DNA of 64,000 bases from Methanobacteriota archaeon (lineage in GTDB: Archaea > Thermoplasmatota > Poseidoniia > Poseidoniales > Thalassarchaeaceae): contig JAOMRN010000003.1 of NCBI GenBank assembly GCA_028355015.1, forward strand, positions 151,740-215,739, given 5' to 3'. Shown here piece after piece: positions 19,103-29,485 of this stretch. Both the position numbers and the translations under genes were made by a program. Position 1 is the first letter of the stretch; each line of letters starts with the position of its first letter. Under the pieces are notes generated by a model. That model searched no databases. It saw only the letters and a list, made by a program, of their open reading frames with translations, and was not told the DNA's origin.

Positions 19103-22100
19103 TGCCTCGTAGAGATGATTTAGAGAGAATAGTGATTCTTGGGAGCGGTCCTATAAGAATAGGGCAAGCTGCAGAGTTTGATTTCTCAGGGTCACAGGCT
19201 TGTAGAGCATTAAGAGCAGATGGATATGAAATTATTCTGATTAATTCAAATCCTGCAACAATACAAAATGATCCTGAAATGGCAGATAGGATATATATTG
19301 AACCATTATTACCAGAAGTAGTAAAGAGAATATTAGAAATTGAAAAGCCAGATGCAATTCTCGCAGGAATGGGTGGTCAAACTGCTTTGAATATTGCTAT
19401 GGCACTTGCGCATGATGGTTCTTTAGATGAATTAGGTGTAGAGTTAATTGGTTGTAACTTGGCATCTATTGATGAGGCAGAAGATCGGGATTTATTCAAG
19501 AAAGTGTGTGAAGAAATTAATTTGCCTGTATGTAAAGCGATAGCATGCGACTCTATTGATGAAGTAATCAAAGCCGCCAATGCTCTAGGCGGTTTCCCTC
19601 TTCTAATTAGACCGGCTTTTACTCTTGGAGGTTTAGGCGGAGGCACAGCATTTAACATGGGTGAATTAGTTGAAATCGCCAGTCAAGGTATACTTCATTC
19701 AGCAATTGGCCAGGTATTAATTGAAGTCAGTATATTAGGTTGGCAAGAGCATGAGTATGAAGTCATGCGAGATGATGCGGATAATGCAATAATAGTTTGT
19801 ACTATGGAGAACTTAGATCCTATGGGCGTACATACAGGTGAGTCAGTAGTAGTAGCACCACAACAAACACTTTCCGATAGAGATCATCAAATGTTAAGGA
19901 ATGCAGCATTAAAATTAATTAGAAGATTAAACATTAAAGGAGGATGCAACGTCCAATTCGCAGTTAACCAAAACAATGGTGAATACCGTGTAATTGAAGT
20001 TAATCCTCGTGTTTCCAGATCTTCTGCTTTAGCATCCAAAGCAACCGGTTACCCAATAGCAAGAATGGCTGCCCTGATTGCAGTTGGATACACTCTTGAT
20101 GAACTCCCCAATCCAATAACTGGAGAAGGAACTACGGCTGCATTCGAGCCTACTTTAGATTATTGTGTAGTGAAAATACCTCGTTGGCCATTTGACAAGT
20201 TTAGAACAGCAGATAGAACGATTGGAACCTCTATGAAATCTACAGGAGAAGTAATGGCAATAGGTCGTTGCTTTGAAGAGGCTTTTCTGAAGGCATGGGC
20301 CAGTCTCGAATATGGGCAGCCTCATCCTCGTCCTCTTACATTAGCAGATGCTTCGGGTGGTGAGACGATGGATGAGAGAGCATCTCAAGCATTGCCTGAG
20401 GCAATATTAGTTGACTGGTTGAGAATACCCACTGATCGACGAATGGGAGCACTTTTCGAAGCCTTTAGAAGAGGATACTCAATAGATGATGTACGTGATT
20501 TAACAGGGGGTGTGACACGCTGGTTCTTGCATCGATTTGAAAGAATGGCGGCTATCGAAACTGAAATAAGGGCTGCTGGCGAACTAGGGCTAATACCCTC
20601 ACAAATACCTGCTAAAGAAATGCGCTCATGGAAAGGTTTAGGTTTCTCAGATTTACATATCGCGGATGCTTTATGTGGATTTCCAGCATCAGGATTTAAA
20701 CAATTACCAGTGGGTGAAGATGAATATTCGGTAACCCTCCGTAGACACGAATTATCGATACATCCAAGATTTAGGATGGTTGACTCTTGCGCTGCTGAAT
20801 TTGCTGCCGTAACTCCTTATTATTACACAACCTATGAATGTGGTTCTGAATCAATTGGCATAGATTATTCCCCAAATCTTTCTCATAATGGTAAAAAACG
20901 AATAGTTGTAATAGGTAGTGGGCCTATTAGAATTGGACAAGGTATAGAATTTGATTATGGATGTGTACATGCAGTAGGTGCTATCCAAGACCTAGGTCAT
21001 GAAGCGATTATTATCAATAATAATCCTGAGACAGTATCTACTGATTTTGATACAAGTGACAGATTATATTTCGACCCTCTGACACTTGAGTCTGTGAGTG
21101 AAATATTACTAAGGGAGGATGCCCACGGAATATTACTACAATTCGGTGGTCAGACTGCTATTAATCTGGCTCTACCTTTGTCTAATAATTTGCCTCATTT
21201 ATCGACATTGGGGCTTGACCTGATTATGGAAGGGACTACTCCCGAGGCAGTTGATGAAGCAAGTGATAGGGAAAGATTTGAGGCATTTTCTCAGAGGAAC
21301 GATTTACGAATGCCGAATGGCCAAACTGCATCCACTCCTGATGAAGTCCGTGAAGCAGTAAGAGAAATTGGCTACCCCGTTTTGATTAGACCATCATATG
21401 TTCTTGGTGGGCGAGGGATGGAGATTCTTTCATCCAATCGTCAATTAGAAACCTATATGGATGATGCATTTCTATCTCCAGAAAAACCATTACTAGTTGA
21501 TGAGTATCTTGGAAATGCCGTCGAACTCGATGTTGATGCAGTTTGTGATGGGCGTGAGGTCCTAGTTGGGGCTATAATGGAACATTTAGAAGAAGCAGGT
21601 ATTCATTCAGGAGATTCAACCTGTTTTATTCCTCCTCAAAATGTATCTGAAAATATTCTCAAACAGGTCGATGAATGGACTCGGAGAATAGGTTTAGAGT
21701 TAGGGATTAGAGGTTGCTACAATATTCAATTCGCAATCCGTGACGAGATATTATACGTATTGGAAGTAAATCCAAGAGGGTCTAGGACATTCCCTTTTGT
21801 TGCCAAGGCTACAGGTGTTCCATTAGCTAGAATTGCAGCTATGGTTGCACTTGGTGAAAAATTATCTGATCTTAATATTCCAAAACCTCAGAATGATGCA
21901 GTCTGTGTCAAAGCACCTGTATTTCCTTTCATTAAACTCAGAGGTCTCGACCCTGCACCAGGGCCAGAAATGAAATCCACTGGTGAAGTCATGGGTAGTC
22001 ATGAGAGAGCATCCGCTGCTTATCTTAAGGCAAGGTTGGCTACTGAATCCCCTGTTCCTACGGAAGGTGGGGTGTATATCACCGTAAAGGATAAGGATAA

Positions 22101-22467
22101 AGACTCTATAATTAATCAGGCTAAATCTTTAATTGATTTAGGTTTCAAATTATATGCGACAAGAGGTACCGCTAATGTTTTGAGAGATAAAGGTGGATTA
22201 GAGGTAGAAACCTGTTATAGAATAACTGAAGGAATGACTCCCGATGCTTTAGACCTAATGCGTCAAGGTAAAATCCATCTAATCATTAATACTCCTAGGA
22301 ATACGGGGGGAGCCGTTCTTGATGGAAATATGATGAGGCGATTAGCTGTTGAATTAAATATTCCTTTCGTTACTACAATGGCAGGTGCTAGAATGGAAGT
22401 ACTTGCTATAGCCGAAGCAATGGATGGGATTCCGGAACCGAGACTTCTAGAAATCGGTACGCTCTAG
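19102..22467 (+). CDS. carB: carbamoyl-phosphate synthase large subunit
   Basis: Duplicated ATP-grasp halves, each beginning GSGPIRIGQ(A/G)(A/I)EFD(F/Y). MGS-like C-terminus. TAATG overlap with carA. Confidence 0.95.
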   Translation: MPRRDDLERIVILGSGPIRIGQAAEFDFSGSQACRALRADGYEIILINSNPATIQNDPEMADRIYIEPLLPEVVKRILEIEKPDAILAGMGGQTALNIAMALAHDGSLDELGVELIGCNLASIDEAEDRDLFKKVCEEINLPVCKAIACDSIDEVIKAANALGGFPLLIRPAFTLGGLGGGTAFNMGELVEIASQGILHSAIGQVLIEVSILGWQEHEYEVMRDDADNAIIVCTMENLDPMGVHTGESVVVAPQQTLSDRDHQMLRNAALKLIRRLNIKGGCNVQFAVNQNNGEYRVIEVNPRVSRSSALASKATGYPIARMAALIAVGYTLDELPNPITGEGTTAAFEPTLDYCVVKIPRWPFDKFRTADRTIGTSMKSTGEVMAIGRCFEEAFLKAWASLEYGQPHPRPLTLADASGGETMDERASQALPEAILVDWLRIPTDRRMGALFEAFRRGYSIDDVRDLTGGVTRWFLHRFERMAAIETEIRAAGELGLIPSQIPAKEMRSWKGLGFSDLHIADALCGFPASGFKQLPVGEDEYSVTLRRHELSIHPRFRMVDSCAAEFAAVTPYYYTTYECGSESIGIDYSPNLSHNGKKRIVVIGSGPIRIGQGIEFDYGCVHAVGAIQDLGHEAIIINNNPETVSTDFDTSDRLYFDPLTLESVSEILLREDAHGILLQFGGQTAINLALPLSNNLPHLSTLGLDLIMEGTTPEAVDEASDRERFEAFSQRNDLRMPNGQTASTPDEVREAVREIGYPVLIRPSYVLGGRGMEILSSNRQLETYMDDAFLSPEKPLLVDEYLGNAVELDVDAVCDGREVLVGAIMEHLEEAGIHSGDSTCFIPPQNVSENILKQVDEWTRRIGLELGIRGCYNIQFAIRDEILYVLEVNPRGSRTFPFVAKATGVPLARIAAMVALGEKLSDLNIPKPQNDAVCVKAPVFPFIKLRGLDPAPGPEMKSTGEVMGSHERASAAYLKARLATESPVPTEGGVYITVKDKDKDSIINQAKSLIDLGFKLYATRGTANVLRDKGGLEVETCYRITEGMTPDALDLMRQGKIHLIINTPRNTGGAVLDGNMMRRLAVELNIPFVTTMAGARMEVLAIAEAMDGIPEPRLLEIGTL

Positions 22468-22545
22468 TTGTATTGTATTTAGAAAACTAATATTTCCGTT
22501 TACTTTTGCGATTTCCTTAATTACCTCGGAATTCCAAAGTCAATT

Positions 22546-24564
22546 ATGATGTCACTTACAGAAATCCCAGGAGTGGGAGAATCTCTTGCTCAAAAACTAG
22601 TTTTAGAGATCGGATCATTAGAAGATGTAGAGCGCGCTCTCGGGGACGGAGATGTCAGTACTCTCTCGGGAATAGAGGGGATATCACCTCAAAGAGCAGT
22701 GAAACTGATTAATTCCGCGAATGGTCATATTGAAGAAGTAACTACCACCGATGAGGGGCGTAAATTACACAAGGAATTAATGAGTAACATTTCTAAATCG
22801 GTTAAGACTAAAGCTGCTAAAAATCGACTTTCAATTCTTAATCCACTTACAAGATCAAATTTATCTGAGATAGAATCTAGAAAGTCATGGTCTGAAAACG
22901 CAATTAGGTTTGTAACTGATAGTAAAACTTCATTTGAATCTTGGACGGATGTAATTTCAGGTCTTAATTATACTAAAGAATCTACTTCCCGTATTGATAG
23001 AGTGATTGTAGTACCTGATTCCCAGTATGTAGATAAATTAGCACATATTAATAATAAGTGTAGAATCTTAGTTCGTTCAGATGATGAGAAATGGCGCGAT
23101 TATGTAGGGATTCCTAGGGTGACCTGGATAGGACCGGGTGCTCCTGAGGTTTTACCTTCCGGCTGGGTTGTTGGTAAATCTGAAGATTCATTATACAAAT
23201 TAGTCCCAGAAGTACCTCTGCAGTGGTTGAAATTAAATTCTGTAAATCTGTCGATAATTTCAAATCTATCTGATCAGGTGTGGCCAATAAATATAATCGG
23301 AGAAAAAATTAGTGACTCATTAGAAGAACTAGGAGATATCCCCCTTCTCCTTCAATCACTTGATAATGATTCAACTCGTCTTGAAAATTTAGAGAAATCA
23401 CGAGATGGATTATGGGGTGAAGTAAAATCAATTGAAGCAGGAGTTAATGACGCTATTGTATCCGGAACTTCCGAGGCTTCAATTTCATTTGGTGGTGATG
23501 AAGTACTCTCATATTATTCTGATATTAACAGTTTAGAACGTAGACTAAAAAGTACAGTCGCTGATACGATAGACTTTTCTCTTCACGATGGGATTAGGAG
23601 ATTAGAAAATTATTTGCAAAATACAGGTATATCTTTACCAAGTGAAATTTTTTCTAGTGAATATCCTTGTGTAATTAACCGTGAAGCCATAGAACAAATA
23701 GAATCAGATTTAGATTCTGCTATTTTATCTGAGAGAAGTGAAGGAGAGATCGCAATAGCCAATTCGACTGTAAAGATAATGAAGCCTGCTAGGAAGGCGA
23801 TATCCAAGTTTATTGAGATAGATATGTGGCTTGGAATAGGTAAATGGGCTGTGGAAAACAGGTGTAGTCTTCCAGAATTTTCTATTTCTGAGCCAGGAAT
23901 ATGGATGAAAGATGGTCGTCATATTCTACTTGATTGTGTTCCTGAACCGGTTACTTATGGTATAGGAGAAGTATCTCCCAGAGAGGATAGAGATAGGATT
24001 GCATTACTTTCGGGCGCTAATTCAGGTGGTAAAACTACTCTTCTTGAGACATTGGGGTCTGTAATTCTTCTTGCACATTCAGGATTACCTGTACCTGCCT
24101 CCCATGCTTGCGTTGGCCTTTTAGATGAGTTGCATATACTTGCTAAGGTATCTGGGACTCAATCAGCAGGTGCTTTAGAAAGAACTCTAAAGAAACTTGC
24201 AGAAGTTCTAGTTTCCAATAATCGTAAGGTCATACTAGCAGATGAGCTTGAGGCGATTACAGAACCAGGTTCTGCGTCGTTAATACTTGGTGGACTTTTG
24301 TCTGCTTCTAGTGAGAATAAAGATACTAACGTGCTTTTAGTGACACATATTGGTACTGCCATCTCTGAGGTAATGGGTGGGCATGTTAGGATAGATGGGA
24401 TTGAAGCACAAGGTCTCGACGAAAACATGGATCTTATTGTAGATAGAACTCCAAAAAGAAATCACATCGCTAGATCGACGCCTGAGTTAATAGTTAGAAG
24501 ACTAGCCGCAAGATCTACTGGTCTTACTTCTGAAATTTTCTCAGATTTATTAAAACGATTTTGA
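22546..24564 (+). CDS. MutS-related ATPase (archaeal MutS-like, no Smr domain seen)
   Basis: N-terminal helix-hairpin-helix-like IPGVGESLAQKL...GIEGISPQRAVKL. MutS domain V P-loop LLSGANSGGKTTLLETLG, Walker B ILADELE, and VTHIG. Confidence 0.65.
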   Translation: MMSLTEIPGVGESLAQKLVLEIGSLEDVERALGDGDVSTLSGIEGISPQRAVKLINSANGHIEEVTTTDEGRKLHKELMSNISKSVKTKAAKNRLSILNPLTRSNLSEIESRKSWSENAIRFVTDSKTSFESWTDVISGLNYTKESTSRIDRVIVVPDSQYVDKLAHINNKCRILVRSDDEKWRDYVGIPRVTWIGPGAPEVLPSGWVVGKSEDSLYKLVPEVPLQWLKLNSVNLSIISNLSDQVWPINIIGEKISDSLEELGDIPLLLQSLDNDSTRLENLEKSRDGLWGEVKSIEAGVNDAIVSGTSEASISFGGDEVLSYYSDINSLERRLKSTVADTIDFSLHDGIRRLENYLQNTGISLPSEIFSSEYPCVINREAIEQIESDLDSAILSERSEGEIAIANSTVKIMKPARKAISKFIEIDMWLGIGKWAVENRCSLPEFSISEPGIWMKDGRHILLDCVPEPVTYGIGEVSPREDRDRIALLSGANSGGKTTLLETLGSVILLAHSGLPVPASHACVGLLDELHILAKVSGTQSAGALERTLKKLAEVLVSNNRKVILADELEAITEPGSASLILGGLLSASSENKDTNVLLVTHIGTAISEVMGGHVRIDGIEAQGLDENMDLIVDRTPKRNHIARSTPELIVRRLAARSTGLTSEIFSDLLKRF

Positions 24565-26124
24565 GAATATCTGAATGGTCTCTTCCTTTCCTAACTCAGT
24601 AATTATTGAAGCGATTCTTGGCCCGTAATCTCGGCCTATTATCAATAGATAAAGCGCCACGTAGCCTTCTCTTGGATTAATTTCTAATTCCTTAGTAGTA
24701 TCCCTTATTAGTTGACTTATTTGACTCTCGCTCCATACGCAATTTTCTAATTTAGTAAGTAAGCTTAACAGAAATATTCTTTGTTCCTTTGTGATTTTTT
24801 CTTTATTTTCATCGTTCATTTTCTCTTGAATCTTGATTCTTGCATTTTCAGGGAAGTGAGCTCCTTCTATCCAATTTCTCATTCTTGATAATCTTCCAAT
24901 TAATGCTAAGTTCGGTTCACCGTTTATGTGCTTACTTTTATTCAGAGAATCCCAAATGTCCTGGTCATTTGATTTTATTTGAGCTAACATTGCTAAATGG
25001 CGAAAAGAGACTCCTGCGATAGATTTTGAGGGATCATCTCCTCTATTCACCTGACTAAGTCTCAGAGATCCAAGAATAGTATCTCTGGCTACCATTTTCT
25101 TTTTATTCAGATTATCTCCAGAAGGTGGATTAGATACTAATCTTTCATATTCATCTGCAGTTTCAAAAAGCGACGGTCCAGTGTCAAAATCGATATGTTT
25201 TTTCACCTTAGTTCTAGCAATTATATATCTTAATATCTCTGGTGGGACAAGATTTAATGCCTCTATAGGGCCAATGGTATTGCCACTAGAACTTGACATA
25301 GGTCCACTTCCTTTCAGTTGTATCCATTCATAGACCATTTTCCCAGGAGGCTTGCTCCCTAATAGTTCACAAATTGGTATTCCTGTATCGAAACTCCCTC
25401 CAGATGCTCCGTGATCCTTACCTGCCGGTTCACACGTTATCCCATGTATACCCCATCTTGCAGCCCAATCAACTCTCCAAGGCATTTTTCCATCTGCCTT
25501 TCTAATATCTGACCTCCCCTCAACTCCATGCCGATCTATCCAAGATACGTATGGTATTTCATAACCTGTTACTTTAACTCCATCCATGCTGCCATCACTA
25601 CCTATTGGGTTGTAAGGAAACCATTCTTCTGGCAATTCTCTACCAGATATATTTTCAATTATTTCATGGATTTTATCTTTGTTTTGGATGGCTAAATCTA
25701 TTTTTGTAGCGAAATCTCCACTATCATAAGTTTCGTGATTCATTACGACTTTAGGATGAACACCAATTTCTTTTAGAGCTTCTAAGAACGGTTGAAGGAA
25801 GTGATTTGCATAATTTCCGCCTTCATGATTGGGGGTTCCATCAGGATTGGGTGCAGGAATATTCACAAGAGGGTATCCTATGTATTCTTGATATTCTTCT
25901 GAAAGAAAACCATAAACTCTCCTTAATGGGTCCATTGAATCTACAATAAAGATATATTCTGAATCAATTTCTGCATCTAAGCACGCTCTATGTATCATTT
26001 CAGCGGTTAATATTTCTCTAAGGTGGCCTATGTGAAATTCTCCAGAAGGCGTGATGCCTGACGCAATAACTTGTGAGTCATATTGTTTTGAAAGCCGCAT
26101 TGCGGTATGATCAGCCCAGTGCAT
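24550..26124 (-). CDS. lysK: lysyl-tRNA synthetase, class I
   Basis: MHWADHTA N-terminus, HIGH-like FHIGHLRE, KMSKS-like PMSSSSGN. Confidence 0.9.
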   Translation of the reverse strand: MHWADHTAMRLSKQYDSQVIASGITPSGEFHIGHLREILTAEMIHRACLDAEIDSEYIFIVDSMDPLRRVYGFLSEEYQEYIGYPLVNIPAPNPDGTPNHEGGNYANHFLQPFLEALKEIGVHPKVVMNHETYDSGDFATKIDLAIQNKDKIHEIIENISGRELPEEWFPYNPIGSDGSMDGVKVTGYEIPYVSWIDRHGVEGRSDIRKADGKMPWRVDWAARWGIHGITCEPAGKDHGASGGSFDTGIPICELLGSKPPGKMVYEWIQLKGSGPMSSSSGNTIGPIEALNLVPPEILRYIIARTKVKKHIDFDTGPSLFETADEYERLVSNPPSGDNLNKKKMVARDTILGSLRLSQVNRGDDPSKSIAGVSFRHLAMLAQIKSNDQDIWDSLNKSKHINGEPNLALIGRLSRMRNWIEGAHFPENARIKIQEKMNDENKEKITKEQRIFLLSLLTKLENCVWSESQISQLIRDTTKELEINPREGYVALYLLIIGRDYGPRIASIITELGKEETIQIFSKSF

Positions 26125-26133
26125 TTTTCTGCC

Positions 26134-26727
26134 TCAAACAGTTACTACTCTAACTAATCCTCTTAGAGGGACTCCTTCAAGAGCATTTACTTCAGATTTA
26201 TTTGCTAAAACTAAACAGAGCCTAACATCAGCACCAGCTTTTCTTAGATTATTGATTGTTTTCTTTAATGTTGTCCCGGAAGATACCACATCATCAACTA
26301 CAACAACCATTTTTCCTGAAACATTAGCAAAAATTTCTGAAATGTGCGCTCCTTCTTCTTCACTTATAGAACGGCTCACCGCCAAATCTAAATCTAATTG
26401 TCCTGCAATAGCCTGAGCGAAAGGTATACCATTGATGCTGATGCCAACAATAGTATCCACCTCGTCACCAATTTCTTCTTCGATAATATCTGCAAAAATA
26501 TAGGATATAGCTTCTATTCTACTGGCCTTAACTGCTACAGATCTCCAACCTACTTGGACATCAGTAGGTCTATCTTCAGAAACTACATTATTAGAATATT
26601 TTTCAGTAGATAACCATTGAATTGTAGTTTGAGAAAGTGATAACTCATCTGCTATTTGTTGTGTGTTCAAACCGTTACTACGGTATTGCTGTACTTTGGC
26701 ACGAAGTTCGTCTACGCTTAGTGGCAT
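26134..26727 (-). CDS. HTH-fused phosphoribosyltransferase-like protein (PyrE-like/GfcR-type regulator)
   Basis: N-terminal HTH (NTQQIADELSLSQTTIQWL) plus the PRPP-binding motif VVVVDDVVSSGTTL. Confidence 0.75.
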   Translation of the reverse strand: MPLSVDELRAKVQQYRSNGLNTQQIADELSLSQTTIQWLSTEKYSNNVVSEDRPTDVQVGWRSVAVKASRIEAISYIFADIIEEEIGDEVDTIVGISINGIPFAQAIAGQLDLDLAVSRSISEEEGAHISEIFANVSGKMVVVVDDVVSSGTTLKKTINNLRKAGADVRLCLVLANKSEVNALEGVPLRGLVRVVTV

Positions 26728-26771
26728 CGTTTTGTCCTAGAATCCGCCCTGTATCAAGCCATCGGAAACAA

Positions 26772-26789
26772 ATTATCTATATTATCTAT
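26772..26789. repeat. perfect tandem 9-mer ATTATCTAT x2 in an AT-rich promoter region
   Basis: Read directly from the sequence. Lies 45-62 nt upstream of the HTH-PRT gene start on the minus strand. Confidence 0.6.
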
Positions 26790-26812
26790 ATTTTTCAGTT
26801 ATAAAATTATAA

Positions 26813-27286
26813 TTAAAACCTTCCAGTTGAACCAAAACCACCCTCTCCTCTCTCTGTTTCGCCAAGATTCTCAATATCTACTTCTTTGAATTGTGATTTT
26901 GGGATTGGTGTTATTAAAAGTTGTGCGATTCGCTCATTTTTCTGAATTTTATATGAATCTCCTTCTCCTATCCATGTCATTAAAACAAATAATTCTCCCC
27001 TATAGTCTGCATCGATAGTTCCTATGCTATGTGGAAGAATTAATCCTTTTTTGCCTAGTGATGAACGAGCTCGAACTTGCCCTTCGTATCCTTCAGGAAT
27101 TGCTACATGCAGGCCGGTTCTAACCATGGTACTGCTTCTATGCCTGACTATTGTATCCTCAAGTGAATATAAATCCCAGCCCGCTGCATGGATACTTCCT
27201 TTTGTAGGTAGCAAAGCATCATCATGAGTTCTTGCAACTTTGACTTCTACGGCTTCATCCATAGTATTCGCTGTGCTAGTCGGCAT
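26813..27286 (-). CDS. dut: homotrimeric-type dUTP diphosphatase
   Basis: AGWDLYS, GTIDADYRGE, and C-terminal motif 5 RGEGGFGSTGRF. Confidence 0.85.
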   Translation of the reverse strand: MPTSTANTMDEAVEVKVARTHDDALLPTKGSIHAAGWDLYSLEDTIVRHRSSTMVRTGLHVAIPEGYEGQVRARSSLGKKGLILPHSIGTIDADYRGELFVLMTWIGEGDSYKIQKNERIAQLLITPIPKSQFKEVDIENLGETERGEGGFGSTGRF

Positions 27287-27352
27287 TTTACGCTTATCTC
27301 TCCGTGATTTTCAGTCGGTGGGGTGAAAAAGGGGACTCTTCTCGGCTAGTCA

Positions 27353-27763
27353 ATGGTTGAGTTCGAGTATGAGTCTTTGTTAGAGCGCGCTCGTGAGCGT
27401 ATTCCAAAAAATATCAGTGAGAGATCACGATGGACAATGCCTGAACCAGAAATTTTAATTGAAGGTAATCAGACTATCTTACGTAATTTCGCCCCTATTG
27501 TAGACGCTATGGACCGTGATGCAAATCACGTATACCAATTTTTAATCAATGAACTTGGTACGTCTGGTACGAGAGAGCAAGTTAGAGTGTTGTTCAAAGG
27601 AAGAGTTCCTCCTAAAAGAATTAAAGAAAAGATAGTATCTTATGTCAAATCATATATTTTGTGCGGTCAATGCAAAGCACCGGATACACGTTTTATCAAA
27701 GAAGATCGTACTACTTTGCTAAAATGTCAGGCTTGTGGTGCAACTCGACCAGTTAAACTATGA
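27353..27763 (+). CDS. translation initiation factor aIF2 beta subunit
   Basis: YESLLERA N-terminus and a C-terminal zinc ribbon CGQCKAPDT...CQACGA. Confidence 0.9.
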   Translation: MVEFEYESLLERARERIPKNISERSRWTMPEPEILIEGNQTILRNFAPIVDAMDRDANHVYQFLINELGTSGTREQVRVLFKGRVPPKRIKEKIVSYVKSYILCGQCKAPDTRFIKEDRTTLLKCQACGATRPVKL

Positions 27764-27812
27764 GTGATCTCGCAGGGACAATTCTCTTAACCAAATCACT
27801 TAATGGTTAACT

Positions 27813-28115
27813 ATGATAGTTCGGGTATGGAGCGTCCTAAAAGAAGAAAAAACTGACTTAACAGAAAAACAAATCGAGGGATGGAAAAATTTCTTAGATT
27901 TAGCAATGGCAAATGGTTGTGAAAGAACAACTTTAGCAGAAGATTCGGAAAGAATAATTGCAGTTTCATACTGGCCTAATCAAGAATCTCTAGATTCAGT
28001 AATTAACTCTGATGCTTACGAAGAAGTAGGTGCCAAAGTACAAGCGGCTTGGGGAGATCAAATGATTCCTAATCATGAAATGACTTTCAATGGATCAATT
28101 GTTGCTGACTCTTGA
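27813..28115 (+). CDS. hypothetical protein (possibly ABM/ferredoxin-like fold)
   Basis: 100-aa ORF with only a weak resemblance to the ABM family. Confidence 0.3.
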   Translation: MIVRVWSVLKEEKTDLTEKQIEGWKNFLDLAMANGCERTTLAEDSERIIAVSYWPNQESLDSVINSDAYEEVGAKVQAAWGDQMIPNHEMTFNGSIVADS

Positions 28116-28121
28116 TATCTG

Positions 28122-29144
28122 TCATTTCGGTGAAAAATCTAGAAGAACTTTTCCTTTATTCTTCCGATTATGGATATGTCTTTGTGCATCTGCAACTTCC
28201 TCGAATCTCCAAATCGAATCAATAATAGGGTCTATTTTTCCCTGTTCCATTAGTGTCCCTAAATCTGAAAGATGATTCTCGAAAATTGTGCTATCATCCA
28301 TTCTTCCCATATGTACTCCGAAAACAGCTTTGTTTGAATTCATCATCTCCAATGGGTTAAATTTAGGAGTATTTATCCACATTTTTAATGCAGCGATCAT
28401 CGATCTTTTTTCTTTAGGAACCGCCGATGATGCACCGAAACAATGTAGTTTCCCACCGTTTCTTAATGCGATATATGACCTCATTAGATGTTTTCCTGCA
28501 ACTGGATCGATAGCTTGGTGTACCCCTTTTCCTTCAGTGAGTGTTTTACATATATCTACAAAATCTTCTTTGTCGCGATTAATGAAATGCATTCCTAATG
28601 ATTCTACGAATTCTTTTTTATTTTCTGAAGCGGTTCCAATAATTAGTCCCGCTCCAAATGCTTTACAAATCTGAGCAGCAGCAGTTCCAACGCCACCTGC
28701 TGCATGATGGATTAATATCGAATCTCCTTCCTTCAGTCCACCTAGATGAACTAGCATATGGTATGCAGTTCCATAGGTTACTGGCATAGCTGCTGCTTGA
28801 TCAAAACTAACACTATCTGGAATAGGCACAATTCGATTTGATTCTACCAGAACTTCTTCTGAATAACCCCCGAAACCAGTCATTGCTATCACTCTTTGAC
28901 CCTTTTTCAACCAATATACATTTTCTCCTAGTTCGATAATTTCTCCAGATATTTCATAACCAGGAGTGAAAGGAAAATCAGGATTTGAGCCATACAAGCC
29001 TTGTCTCATCATTAAATCTGCAAAATTTATTCCTGCTCTGTGAACTCTAACTTTAACTTGATCTTTCGTTGGAGTTTCTAATTTACTCTCTATTATTTGT
29101 ATTGATTCCGGCCCACCTATTTTTGGATATATCACCTTTTTCAT
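28122..29144 (-). CDS. NADPH:quinone oxidoreductase / MDR-family zinc-type alcohol dehydrogenase-like protein
   Basis: GINFADLMMRQGLY and AAGGVGTAAAQI nucleotide-binding motif. Confidence 0.8.
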   Translation of the reverse strand: MKKVIYPKIGGPESIQIIESKLETPTKDQVKVRVHRAGINFADLMMRQGLYGSNPDFPFTPGYEISGEIIELGENVYWLKKGQRVIAMTGFGGYSEEVLVESNRIVPIPDSVSFDQAAAMPVTYGTAYHMLVHLGGLKEGDSILIHHAAGGVGTAAAQICKAFGAGLIIGTASENKKEFVESLGMHFINRDKEDFVDICKTLTEGKGVHQAIDPVAGKHLMRSYIALRNGGKLHCFGASSAVPKEKRSMIAALKMWINTPKFNPLEMMNSNKAVFGVHMGRMDDSTIFENHLSDLGTLMEQGKIDPIIDSIWRFEEVADAQRHIHNRKNKGKVLLDFSPK

Positions 29145-29163
29145 ATTTATTCACCATTTTAAA

Positions 29164-29475
29164 TTATTCTAACATCAAGTAATCCGAAGCGATTTCCCCT
29201 CCAAGAATATGATTAGAAACCTCAATAATCGCTTTTTCATCATCAGGAATGGTATACCAAATACCTTCTGGATAAATGACACAAGCAACACCTTTCTCAC
29301 AATTCCCTAGGCATCCAGATTTATTGACTCGTATATCTCCAATTCCAGATTTTTTTGTAATTCTTTTAATTTTAGTCATTATTTCTAGAGAATTTTTTGA
29401 TGAGCAACATCCTTTTGGATTATCCGAATTCCTTTCATTCACACATACGAATATGTGCTTCTGAATCTTAACCAT
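29164..29475 (-). CDS. thioredoxin-like [2Fe-2S] ferredoxin
   Basis: HIFVCVNER...GCCS...SGCLGNCEKG...VIYPEGIWY pattern. Confidence 0.8.
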   Translation of the reverse strand: MVKIQKHIFVCVNERNSDNPKGCCSSKNSLEIMTKIKRITKKSGIGDIRVNKSGCLGNCEKGVACVIYPEGIWYTIPDDEKAIIEVSNHILGGEIASDYLMLE

Positions 29476-29485
29476 TTAATTAACC

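Noticed and set aside
19102-22467. CarB length (1121 aa) as a possible intein or insertion
   Set aside because: No intein splice-junction or endonuclease motifs are visible. The extra length is spread across linker regions.
26772-26789. Short tandem repeats here, and at 62541-62562, as a possible CRISPR or minisatellite
   Set aside because: There are only two copies of 9-11 nt each, with no spacers and no cas genes. They are treated as candidate regulatory sites instead.
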